Of a DNA stretch of 64,000 nt, positions 11,308 to 20,605 are shown piece after piece (the first letter of the stretch is position 1; each line of letters starts with the position of its first letter). Origin of the DNA: a virus (taxonomy: Duplodnaviria; Caudoviricetes). The notes under the pieces were generated by a model that was not told where the DNA came from, ran no database searches, and worked only from the letters and a program-made list of their open reading frames with translations. A program made the position numbers and the translations under genes. The stretch covers positions 32,001 through 96,000 of IMG/VR virus record IMGVR_UViG_3300013426_000025. One strand, given 5' to 3'.

Positions 11308-13143
11308 TTATTCGTAGTAATTCATTACTATATTATGTAGTTCAAGTTTAGTGTTCGCTTTGGGATTACCTTCTAAATAAAGATGTACCCAAGGATTTCT
11401 AATCCTATCTCTACTATTCTGATTTCTTGGTACGGTAGTTCTCCATATTCTAAACTTCTGTTGTAAATTATTAGTAACTTTACCTAAAACTCTATCTCTA
11501 TCATATATAAGAGGCTGAACCCCAGTATCTTGATACTCATCCCATACTCTTATTTTATCAAAAGGCTGTACATCAGATTTAGTACTATTATCTTTACTTA
11601 CACCTAAGTCAGCAAGGAACTCCACATTAGTAAATACTTTATCTGTATATGTACCAGGATTTACTCTGTACTCTATAGAGTATGGAACATAATTGTTGTC
11701 AAATATCTTATTGTACTCACCATCAAACATTCTGTAACATTGTACTTGAGCAAGGTTGTTACTAGAAGTATCTAATGCACTGAAAGCATAAGATTCTCCG
11801 CCATAAGAAAACATCATACTGATGTAAGGAGCATCTATAAAGGAAGTAAACGCTTGTAATATCTCATTATACACAATACACTCAGAAGCATTCTCATAAG
11901 GATTATTTATAATAATGTATACATCTTTATGTATATTGTCATAATAGAACCTTGAAGAATCTAACTTATTACTTTCACTGGATATTGTGATAGCATTTTT
12001 AAAGTATGATTCCATTGTAGTATAAGGAAGTTCTTTACAATTACCATCATGTCCTATACATACAATTGTATTCTTATTATCATCTACAAAGTAAACACCT
12101 ACATCTGTAATGAGAACATTAGAACAATGAGTACCATAATTAGGATTAGCAAGTAGTGTATTGACTTTGTCATTAAAGTCTACATTAATCTGCATGCCTG
12201 AAGTAGTATTAATAAGGTTTCTCTCCTTGAAGTTAATTGTTTCTATACAATTAGTTTCAAGAGCATATAATGTTTCTCTGCCTGCATTAATTATCTTGGT
12301 AATTTCATTCCTTGTTCTCTCACTTGAGTTAGTAGAAAGATTGGTCCACGTATCAACTCTTCCTGCATAATTTTTATTCAATGACCAAACATAAGTACTC
12401 TTGAAAGCAGATTGATTAACTAACTCAGGTAGTACACTTCCTGTAAAGATATTATTCTTCTGATTGTAAGCATCATTATATAAACCAAAGTTATCAGGTC
12501 TTGCCATAATGTTAAAATTCTTTCTATTTACATCAGTTCTTGCGTCAAGATTATGATGGGTTTCAATCATTACTGAAGCAAGTTCTGTAACTTGATTTAT
12601 ATTGGTACTATCATCATCGGGATAAGTCTTTAAGCAATCATATCTTTGAAAATAAGTATCGCCTGTAGTTTGAAATACAACCTTATTTATAGGAGTATAA
12701 TTACTTGCAGGAAGCCATGTTAGATTTTCTATAGCACTGTCAGAGTAGCCACCATATAAAACATTATGTGGTAGATTTCTTCTCAACTCTCCTATATAAA
12801 GCATTGTTGCTTTACTATCAAGAGAAGAATCACACACATCATTCTTATATATAGGCTTTGCTTCTTTACTAAGTATTGTTACTTCTGACATACTTTTAAC
12901 CAAAGTTCTTATAGAATAATAAGTTTGATTTCTTAACAAAATCAATAAAGCTTCTGCTGCCTTTTTCTTTTCATCGTCATCTTCTGTGGGTTTATTTGGA
13001 TTTGGACCTGGTTCATCTCCATCCCAATCTATAGGGTCATCAAAACCCCAAACCCATGGTTTATCAGGGTCTTGATACTTAGTAGGGTCTCTCCATATTT
13101 CAAGAGAGTCTGCAAATGAATTGTCTGTATTTATATTACTCAT
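11308..13143 (-). CDS. Muzzle / tail stabilisation protein, C-terminal half
   Basis: LYIGELRR...LYGG...GDTYFQRYDCLKTYP and KFRIWR...RDRIRNPW motifs typical of the crAss Tstab C-terminus. Confidence 0.7.
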   Translation of the reverse strand: MSNINTDNSFADSLEIWRDPTKYQDPDKPWVWGFDDPIDWDGDEPGPNPNKPTEDDDEKKKAAEALLILLRNQTYYSIRTLVKSMSEVTILSKEAKPIYKNDVCDSSLDSKATMLYIGELRRNLPHNVLYGGYSDSAIENLTWLPASNYTPINKVVFQTTGDTYFQRYDCLKTYPDDDSTNINQVTELASVMIETHHNLDARTDVNRKNFNIMARPDNFGLYNDAYNQKNNIFTGSVLPELVNQSAFKSTYVWSLNKNYAGRVDTWTNLSTNSSERTRNEITKIINAGRETLYALETNCIETINFKERNLINTTSGMQINVDFNDKVNTLLANPNYGTHCSNVLITDVGVYFVDDNKNTIVCIGHDGNCKELPYTTMESYFKNAITISSESNKLDSSRFYYDNIHKDVYIIINNPYENASECIVYNEILQAFTSFIDAPYISMMFSYGGESYAFSALDTSSNNLAQVQCYRMFDGEYNKIFDNNYVPYSIEYRVNPGTYTDKVFTNVEFLADLGVSKDNSTKSDVQPFDKIRVWDEYQDTGVQPLIYDRDRVLGKVTNNLQQKFRIWRTTVPRNQNSRDRIRNPWVHLYLEGNPKANTKLELHNIVMNYYE

Positions 13144-13153
13144 AATTTATCAT

Positions 13154-16100
13154 TTAAGTATGAATTGTAAAAGTTATAGTTTTACCACTTTTATTTTTAA
13201 AAGTTAACGTTCCTTCTTCATTACCTTGTGAAATGTTTTTATATGCTACTATAGCATGTCCTGTATCATCAATATGAATAGTACCATAGTTTTCGTCCTG
13301 GTCTATCTGGATGCTTACTCCTTTTACTTCCCACTCAACATCGCTTGTACTTTCTATATACCAATCATCATTTTCTTGGTCTTGCATTTGTATATATGTA
13401 CCATCAACCAGTTCTCTACCGTTTGAATCACGTTCTTGTATTTTTAAGAAAGGTACATCCTCAAATTTACCAAAACTTGGTAGAACATCTTCCGCAGTAT
13501 TATATAAATTTTCAAAAGTGGCTTTAGCCCATTTTTGGGTTCTTGATACTTCTTTTAATTCACTACCATAATACCAAGTAAACAAGTCTTGTCCATTTCT
13601 ATAATATTGTTTTGATGTTATCAAAGAATATTCTATGTTATAACCTTTAATACCATAAGAACAATGTTTTAGCCTTATTGGAAATTTAACACCTTTTACT
13701 TTAAAATCATAAGTGTTGTCTTTATTATCTACTACTTTATATTTGTATAAGATTGTAATTAATAAATCAATTGCTGGAGATTCTGTTATATTGCCGTCTT
13801 CATCTTCATTGTATATTTTTACAACCCTGTCTTTTGCTATTAGTTTAAAAATAGATGGAAATTCATTTACTAATTCTTTACGATATGTTTGTAAAAACAT
13901 ACTTATTATAGAGCTAACACCATTTACCTCTAAAAAAGATTTAATAGAGGTCGTAGAATAGTCTGAAACAAACAGAGAGTCTGTAATCCAACCATTGTTT
14001 TCATTGGCTTTCAATGATGTGTGTACCTGATTATTTAGTTTATCCCAGTAATATTTCAAATTATTATATAATGACACTAGTTCACTATAATTACTTACCA
14101 TAGATAAATCTACAGGTGTGTTAAAATCAACACCACCACTTGATTCATAAATAGAATTAAAAGATGCAATATCACAAAGACATCCTTCAAATACATTAGT
14201 ATTTATTTTATCTCTAATTAAATCCCAATAATTAAACCCATTCACAGTAGCCCAAGGATAATTTAAATAAGTAGAATTGATAGAATCAGAGAAGAAAGTA
14301 TCATTACTATAACCACAAAAATAAGTATTATTACTAAATGAATCTGATGAAGTTGAAGCAGGTAAAGTTTGAAATTGGTCTCCAGATAACCCTAATGAGA
14401 ATACAAGATGAGGAGAAGAATTATAAGTAATCCTTACTGTATCTTGTTTATCTACATTGGATTGATAAGAACTTTCTACTTTTTTTGTTTCTGTTGTTAC
14501 TGTGTCTCCCTCCTTCTTTGTTTCATCGTAAAAGAAATCATTAGCATATTCATTCTTTGCTAATAAAGCATTATCAATTTGCAATAAAGATGCTGAGGTA
14601 AGTCCAGTTGCCTTTATCTCATCCAACAATTTGTTGTCTATAATAAAATTTGAAAATGTTGCTTTGCCAGTAGTTTTAATATCTGATTCAGGATTTCTAA
14701 TATCATCTCTTTCATCTCCTATTTGCTCCTCAATATATTTTTTATATATATTTATATCAGGATAAACATCTGGTGTGTTACTTGTAAGATACTTAAGATT
14801 TGACTTAGCATATAACAACTTTTCTATATGTTTAGGATAGGAGAATACATTAAAGTATTGAGTATCTAAGAAACTATCCTCAGCAGAATATGTTATAGGA
14901 CCAGTTAAATAAGAGTTTTCGCTATTACCTATAACATACTGTGTTTGTTCTGCTATCTTATAATTATAAGTTTTATTTGACTTTATCTTACCGTACCCTT
15001 CAGGTATAGGATGTTCCAAAGTATTGTATGGATAGTACAATCCGGTAATATCAAGTCTTCCTGTCACAGCAGTATTATTTGAAGATATACCTGTAATAGA
15101 ACCTGAAGACTCCCATGGGTGTATCATAAAGTAGGCAAGTTTTGTAGTATCTACAACTATTGAAGTTTTATTCTCGGCATTTTTTACAAAGTTTTCAGCA
15201 GATAACCCTTCTTTAGTATCTTTATTTAAGAAAGAACCTTGTACTTCTGTAAGGAAATGGTCCAAGTAACTGTATTCTGCTGTCATTGACATTAGAGGTT
15301 TGTCTCCTTTATATTGTTTAGTAATGTACTTATTTGAGTTAACCTCAACAACACCTCCAGAATTACTCATTGATGTTCCAGCCTCCAAGAGATTTCTCTT
15401 ACCATAGTTAGAGTTAATGTATGCTGCACCAACAATATTCATTTTAAGGTTTGACCCATGTACTTGTTGAAAATTATTTTCTTCAGGAGAATTAAAGGTA
15501 ACAATTGAATCATCTACAAACAAGGCATCATTCTTCATATACATGCTAACTTGTTTTCTTTCTCCTAATTCTGCATTTATTTCTGAACTATTGTACTGGG
15601 TTTCCTTAATGTTAATAATTACTCCATTAGGAAGAGCCCAAGAAAACTTTATTCCTGCTGCATCAAAAAAACATTTTAGATTAGGTAATGTAGGAAGTCC
15701 TTTATCAAAATAATTGTACATGTTCCCACATTTAATCGCCTCATCTGAGTAAATAGGAGGATTAAATTCAGGTAAGAACAACCATCCTTTTTGTAATAAT
15801 TCTCTCCATGCTCTAAATGGTTTTCTAGTACCACTACTTTCATTTATATCTGAAGTAAAGGCTTTCTCTTTATTTACACCAGAGTTTGTGCCCTTACCCA
15901 TCCAAGCATCTTTGAATTTATCATTAAATTCCTGTTCGGAATAAGCGTCTGCAAGGTCACTATAGGTACTACTATAAGTATGCTCAAAAATAGTTTTATA
16001 ATTAAATGCTTCTGATACTTTTGCTTTATCCTTGTCTCCTTTTAATTCTTCAAGCCAATATCTACAATAAGCCAAGAATAATAATTGAGCAAAACATCCT

Positions 16101-18595
16101 GCATCATCTACTGATTGTGCTGTACTATCATTAGGAAAACAATATTTTATGTGGTCTTTATATGTAATTTCAGGTCTTTCAAAATCAAAACTAAACTGGT
16201 CAAATTTAGTTTGCTGCATTTGTATATACAGGTCGCTCAACTCATTGGGTACTGCATTATATGCATCAGTGACTTTCTTACTTACTCCTTTACATTCTAC
16301 AAAAGCTTTTTTCCGCTGCTCTTCATCTAATTTGCTCCAATCATACCCACTCTCATAAAATTCTTGAGACACTCTTGCAGCAATCATATATACCCAAGTT
16401 TCTTTATTTGTAGTATTTGATGGTATAATTACAGTAAGTAATACTTTCCTACCATTAATTAATTTTTCAGCCGAGTCTTGTGTTTTTGCTGTCTCTTCTT
16501 TTAATTGCTCAATAAGCTTCAACCCATTATTAGGTCTACTGTATATAGACTCATATCCTGCTATATTACTTACTTCTGCTGTTCTTTCCCAATAAGAAGC
16601 AAGTCTTTGAAAATGATGATAAGGCAAGTCACCATTAACAGGTCTAAATGACCAAGAAGGTAGGGCCCAACTTGTTTTCATATACCTATTAAGAGGAGAG
16701 AATACAGTAGGGTTCAATATACCTTGTGCTATAATATTTCTGCCATTATGCAATTCAGGGTCAGCAAACACTAATCTGTAATTAACATAATCAAAGTCTT
16801 TGCATATACTGATTAACTTCTCTGGTAATTTAACTATAGCGTTAGTGTAGTATATGTTTTTATTTACTGTATCTACTGCTGGAGAACATCTACATTCACC
16901 GTCTCCTATATATACAACCTCAGTCCACTGGCCTGTTTTATCTTGAAACTGTAAGCCAAATCTATATATCTCACCAAACTTAAAACCTGTGTATCTTATA
17001 GAAGAATCATTAGTAGGAGTATAAGGATAAATACTGTCTCCATCTATTACATAATCTGTTTGTTTATACACTGTTTGATAATCATTATCATATAATGTAC
17101 TTGATTTCAAGTCAGCACTCAAAATATCATCTTCTATATTATCCATCCATGTAGCACCTTTACCACAATATTCTGAAGTAAAGTAATTAATCATTGCACC
17201 ACCATTCTTTTTTACTTGCTCAATTTCATCCCACCACAACAAAGAGTGTAAATCTTGTTCTGTTTTATCAGGTTTTTTTGAATCAGTGATAATATCATTT
17301 TTGAGATATTGTTGTCCTCTTCTTACAAACTTTACAAGTTTAGTCCACTTATCTACTATCTCTCCTGGATTTTCTTTAGTACCTTCTCTAACTATAGTGA
17401 CATAAGGATTTTCTACACCTGTTTCCTCATCTACATACCCTTCTTCAAACAGGTCTTTTATTACTTGAGGTAACGTAATGTGTGAAGTGTGTATATTACC
17501 TGCAAACAAAGTACCCATCTTCTGGTCTATTGTCTTAGCAGCAATAGGAGTACCACCAATAAAGTAAAGTTGGTTTGCTTCAATTTGTTCTTGGTTCCTG
17601 TAAGTGTCTATAAAGGTAAGAGGCTGCAATGCTTCTCCTTCTTTAGGTTTTGTTATATTCAAGTCTCCTACAATATGTACAGCCATAGCACCATCTAATG
17701 AACTTCTTACAGCAGAATAAATCCTAATGTAATCAAAGTCTGTGCTGTAGTTATATATCTTTATAGATACAGAACAAGAAGCCTTTTCATCAACTTTACC
17801 ACCTCTGTCTTTCTTTGTAAGTGTAATAAGAGGAGAGTCTTGGCATATCTTAGTCTCAGCACCATTTATGTTATAATAAGTAAAGAAGTACTGAACAGTA
17901 CCAGAAGGAAAGTCTACATCTTGGTCATACTTCTTCTGCACTTTAATTCTTGGTGCTTTACCTATTGCAGGATAGAACTCAAATTCATTATTCATATAAG
18001 GTGTGAAAGTATTATTGCCAAATCTTTCTCCTTCAGTAATAATGTTAATGAATCTAAGATTATTATTATCTTCATTACCATTATTACCACCTTCTCTCCA
18101 ATCTTCGCACCAATATACTTTCTTTATATTTGCATTTTCTTCATAGTATAAAGTATCATAAGTCCTGTCAACATGGAAATTCAAATTTCCTCTATACAGA
18201 ACTCTTGCTTGATGTGTTCCATATTTAGTTAAGTCTTGCAAACTTATTCTATAAATAACATCAAGAGTATTGGCAGCAAATTTATTGTCTGCTGGTAATT
18301 TTGCAAAGACAACAAGATATTCTGGAGTAATACAATAAGTAAGTAAAGTGCCCCATAAGAAACCTGGCGTAGGAGACTCAAACCAAGTAGTCCCATTACT
18401 TATTTTCTCTCTTACTTGAAAGTTGAGTGACTTACCTCCTTTATAGTTAGTGATAGATAACAATGTACCATCTTCTGATGCAGTAATTCTTATATTCTTA
18501 TTTTTATAAGCAAACTTATTACTCTCTTTACTTATAGACTTATCTTGAGACATTCCTGTATTCTCAAGAGGTGACTTTTTCAATTCCATAATCAA
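13154..18595 (-). CDS. Muzzle / tail stabilisation protein, N-terminal half with large insertions
   Basis: GMSQDKSISK...NIRIT start, YRGNLNF, GTVQYFFTYYN, FKFGEIYRFGLQFQ motifs; follows the tail tubular gene. Confidence 0.7.
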   Translation of the reverse strand: MIMELKKSPLENTGMSQDKSISKESNKFAYKNKNIRITASEDGTLLSITNYKGGKSLNFQVREKISNGTTWFESPTPGFLWGTLLTYCITPEYLVVFAKLPADNKFAANTLDVIYRISLQDLTKYGTHQARVLYRGNLNFHVDRTYDTLYYEENANIKKVYWCEDWREGGNNGNEDNNNLRFINIITEGERFGNNTFTPYMNNEFEFYPAIGKAPRIKVQKKYDQDVDFPSGTVQYFFTYYNINGAETKICQDSPLITLTKKDRGGKVDEKASCSVSIKIYNYSTDFDYIRIYSAVRSSLDGAMAVHIVGDLNITKPKEGEALQPLTFIDTYRNQEQIEANQLYFIGGTPIAAKTIDQKMGTLFAGNIHTSHITLPQVIKDLFEEGYVDEETGVENPYVTIVREGTKENPGEIVDKWTKLVKFVRRGQQYLKNDIITDSKKPDKTEQDLHSLLWWDEIEQVKKNGGAMINYFTSEYCGKGATWMDNIEDDILSADLKSSTLYDNDYQTVYKQTDYVIDGDSIYPYTPTNDSSIRYTGFKFGEIYRFGLQFQDKTGQWTEVVYIGDGECRCSPAVDTVNKNIYYTNAIVKLPEKLISICKDFDYVNYRLVFADPELHNGRNIIAQGILNPTVFSPLNRYMKTSWALPSWSFRPVNGDLPYHHFQRLASYWERTAEVSNIAGYESIYSRPNNGLKLIEQLKEETAKTQDSAEKLINGRKVLLTVIIPSNTTNKETWVYMIAARVSQEFYESGYDWSKLDEEQRKKAFVECKGVSKKVTDAYNAVPNELSDLYIQMQQTKFDQFSFDFERPEITYKDHIKYCFPNDSTAQSVDDAGCFAQLLFLAYCRYWLEELKGDKDKAKVSEAFNYKTIFEHTYSSTYSDLADAYSEQEFNDKFKDAWMGKGTNSGVNKEKAFTSDINESSGTRKPFRAWRELLQKGWLFLPEFNPPIYSDEAIKCGNMYNYFDKGLPTLPNLKCFFDAAGIKFSWALPNGVIINIKETQYNSSEINAELGERKQVSMYMKNDALFVDDSIVTFNSPEENNFQQVHGSNLKMNIVGAAYINSNYGKRNLLEAGTSMSNSGGVVEVNSNKYITKQYKGDKPLMSMTAEYSYLDHFLTEVQGSFLNKDTKEGLSAENFVKNAENKTSIVVDTTKLAYFMIHPWESSGSITGISSNNTAVTGRLDITGLYYPYNTLEHPIPEGYGKIKSNKTYNYKIAEQTQYVIGNSENSYLTGPITYSAEDSFLDTQYFNVFSYPKHIEKLLYAKSNLKYLTSNTPDVYPDINIYKKYIEEQIGDERDDIRNPESDIKTTGKATFSNFIIDNKLLDEIKATGLTSASLLQIDNALLAKNEYANDFFYDETKKEGDTVTTETKKVESSYQSNVDKQDTVRITYNSSPHLVFSLGLSGDQFQTLPASTSSDSFSNNTYFCGYSNDTFFSDSINSTYLNYPWATVNGFNYWDLIRDKINTNVFEGCLCDIASFNSIYESSGGVDFNTPVDLSMVSNYSELVSLYNNLKYYWDKLNNQVHTSLKANENNGWITDSLFVSDYSTTSIKSFLEVNGVSSIISMFLQTYRKELVNEFPSIFKLIAKDRVVKIYNEDEDGNITESPAIDLLITILYKYKVVDNKDNTYDFKVKGVKFPIRLKHCSYGIKGYNIEYSLITSKQYYRNGQDLFTWYYGSELKEVSRTQKWAKATFENLYNTAEDVLPSFGKFEDVPFLKIQERDSNGRELVDGTYIQMQDQENDDWYIESTSDVEWEVKGVSIQIDQDENYGTIHIDDTGHAIVAYKNISQGNEEGTLTFKNKSGKTITFTIHT

Positions 18596-19263
18596 TGTAT
18601 GTTAAAATGTTGCTGACTCCCTAAACTATTAAATCCATCTTCAAACTGTCTATTATTCATCAACAGTGTATTATGAGCATTTGAGATACTTTGCATCTCT
18701 GATAGAGAAGGAGTATTAAGTTCTTCCTGTAATTGTCCTACAGCCCAAGCATATTCTTGTTGTGAGTTCTGTAGTACATTACCATTAAGTTTACCTACTT
18801 CAAATAATGTAGTAAATGTTTTTACCTTGATATACTCATATAAAGCATTTATGTACCTTTCATTATCCAATATCATAGGATAACCTTCTTCATCAAGAGG
18901 TATTGCCCTGTAAGCAATCTCTAAGTCACATTCAGGAACATTTGTATAGATAATTGAATTTTGTGTTTTGAATACAAGTTCTGTATCATCCATAAAATTG
19001 CTTGACATATATTTTATACACTTTCCTGTATCACAATCCTTAACTTGTATAATAGAAACCAAATCACAAGGTAATACTGCCCTGTATTCATGTATGTGCA
19101 TTATTTCATATTTGGTTGTATACAAATTAGGCATATTAAGAATACCATTAAAAGAAGAGACATATTGTAGTATCTGCTCCAATGTAATATCCTGCATTAA
19201 TGGGTGTTGTAAACATTTATCCCACACAGGTATTACACTTGTAAATTTAACTTCATTAACCAT
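18592..19263 (-). CDS. Tail tubular / ring protein
   Basis: LPCDLVSIIQV, IAYRAIPLDEEGYP, QQEYAWAVGQ; canonical position before the muzzle gene. Confidence 0.7.
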   Translation of the reverse strand: MVNEVKFTSVIPVWDKCLQHPLMQDITLEQILQYVSSFNGILNMPNLYTTKYEIMHIHEYRAVLPCDLVSIIQVKDCDTGKCIKYMSSNFMDDTELVFKTQNSIIYTNVPECDLEIAYRAIPLDEEGYPMILDNERYINALYEYIKVKTFTTLFEVGKLNGNVLQNSQQEYAWAVGQLQEELNTPSLSEMQSISNAHNTLLMNNRQFEDGFNSLGSQQHFNIH

Positions 19264-19268
19264 ATTTA

Positions 19269-19790
19269 TTATATTTTATAAGTACTTATGTTGTTATTTT
19301 CTATAGAGTGTGCAACAATACTATGAAAACTCCTATTGGGTCTAAATCTCATAAAAGTGCAATTCTCATAGTTAGTATTACGTTTATTGTAAAATATAAA
19401 ATACCTTACATTTCTTTCCTTCCTTACAAGAGTTTTATTTTGTAGGGCTTCTTCATCCTCATGCCATAATTTTAGAGTTTCTCCCCAATCAATAGCCCTA
19501 TTAGTTTTAACTTTACCCTCTTCAAATTTTATGTAAGTATCTGCTTGTCTTACTTCAAGTTTACCCATTCTATAGGGAAATTTAAATTCTTTACCTTCCG
19601 ATAGATCTTTGATTGCTTCTTTATGTACAGTAGAAACTATTTTATAAAATTCAGACTCATTAGAAGTTATCATTTTATTTTTCTTTAACCATCTATATGC
19701 TTCTCTAACTCCAGCAGAATTTGTTATTTTATGAACTCTCTTTCCTGTTACTTTAAGTACTTTCTTTCTAAACTCTTTCAAATCTTCCAT
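19269..19790 (-). CDS. IHF/HU-like DNA-binding protein
   Basis: Basic; LSEGKEFKFPYRMGKLEVR and FRPNRSF segments resemble the HU fold; conserved crAss position. Confidence 0.65.
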   Translation of the reverse strand: MEDLKEFRKKVLKVTGKRVHKITNSAGVREAYRWLKKNKMITSNESEFYKIVSTVHKEAIKDLSEGKEFKFPYRMGKLEVRQADTYIKFEEGKVKTNRAIDWGETLKLWHEDEEALQNKTLVRKERNVRYFIFYNKRNTNYENCTFMRFRPNRSFHSIVAHSIENNNISTYKI

Positions 19791-20512
19791 TACTCGTCTC
19801 CTTCTAATTGCTTTTGTAAAGGCTTCTTCATATTTTGTCTAATGAAATACATCAAATCAGATAAATCATCAGAAGCATTATTAGTATTATCCTTGGGTCT
19901 ATATGCAGTACCAAGTATTTCTTTTACAATGTAAGCAATTAATTCAGGTACCAATGCAGGTTCTATAGGAAATTCTGTGTCAAGAACATCACAAGTCTTC
20001 TCAGTACCATTACAATTTAATTCATAAGCCTTCTCATAATCTTCAAATATTGCTTTGAGTTTTATCTTCTTCAAGTAAGAAGACTCAAAATTATTTGATT
20101 TAAAATATAAATGCTTATCTTCCCCTAAAGCGCAATAAATAAAGTTCTTACTATATTTACCTGCTCCCACTGCTTTTAGCCTTTTGAATGAAGTGAAAAT
20201 AATATTCTCACTTTCCATACCATTATAAAGAAGAATTGTAGGTGTAACAATATCAAGCATTACAGGAATTTCCTGTGTACTTCTCATAATATTACCTGTA
20301 CTACAAATAGACCGAGAATACTTTTCAATATCTAAACATATAGTCTGATAATTACTCTCTGATAATCCTTTCTTACCTTCTCCATACTTCTTTAATAGTA
20401 ATGCTCTGTATTTACCTACAAGGTATAATACATGTTCCTCATTAATAGAGGAGTCATCACTAAATGCTTTTATAGCATCTAAACAATAATAAACGATATG
20501 TCTTACATCCAT
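19790..20512 (-). CDS. Tail ring / structural protein
   Basis: Start moved to MDVRH at 20512 because a promoter occupies 20541-20571; NYQTICLD, FPIEPALVP motifs. Confidence 0.6.
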   Translation of the reverse strand: MDVRHIVYYCLDAIKAFSDDSSINEEHVLYLVGKYRALLLKKYGEGKKGLSESNYQTICLDIEKYSRSICSTGNIMRSTQEIPVMLDIVTPTILLYNGMESENIIFTSFKRLKAVGAGKYSKNFIYCALGEDKHLYFKSNNFESSYLKKIKLKAIFEDYEKAYELNCNGTEKTCDVLDTEFPIEPALVPELIAYIVKEILGTAYRPKDNTNNASDDLSDLMYFIRQNMKKPLQKQLEGDE

Positions 20513-20540
20513 AATATGTACATATATAAAAATCCACTTG

Positions 20541-20571
20541 CAAAGATACGAAAAATATTTCATATTTGCAA
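20541..20571 (-). promoter_or_regulatory. Bacteroidota-type promoter embedded in a 14-bp inverted repeat
   Basis: TTG-N6-TGA-N11-TATCTTTG; arms AATCCACTTGCAAA / TTTGCAAGTGGATT span 20531-20578. Confidence 0.75.
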
Positions 20572-20605
20572 GTGGATTAATTATTTTTTATAGGTAATAA
20601 AAAAA

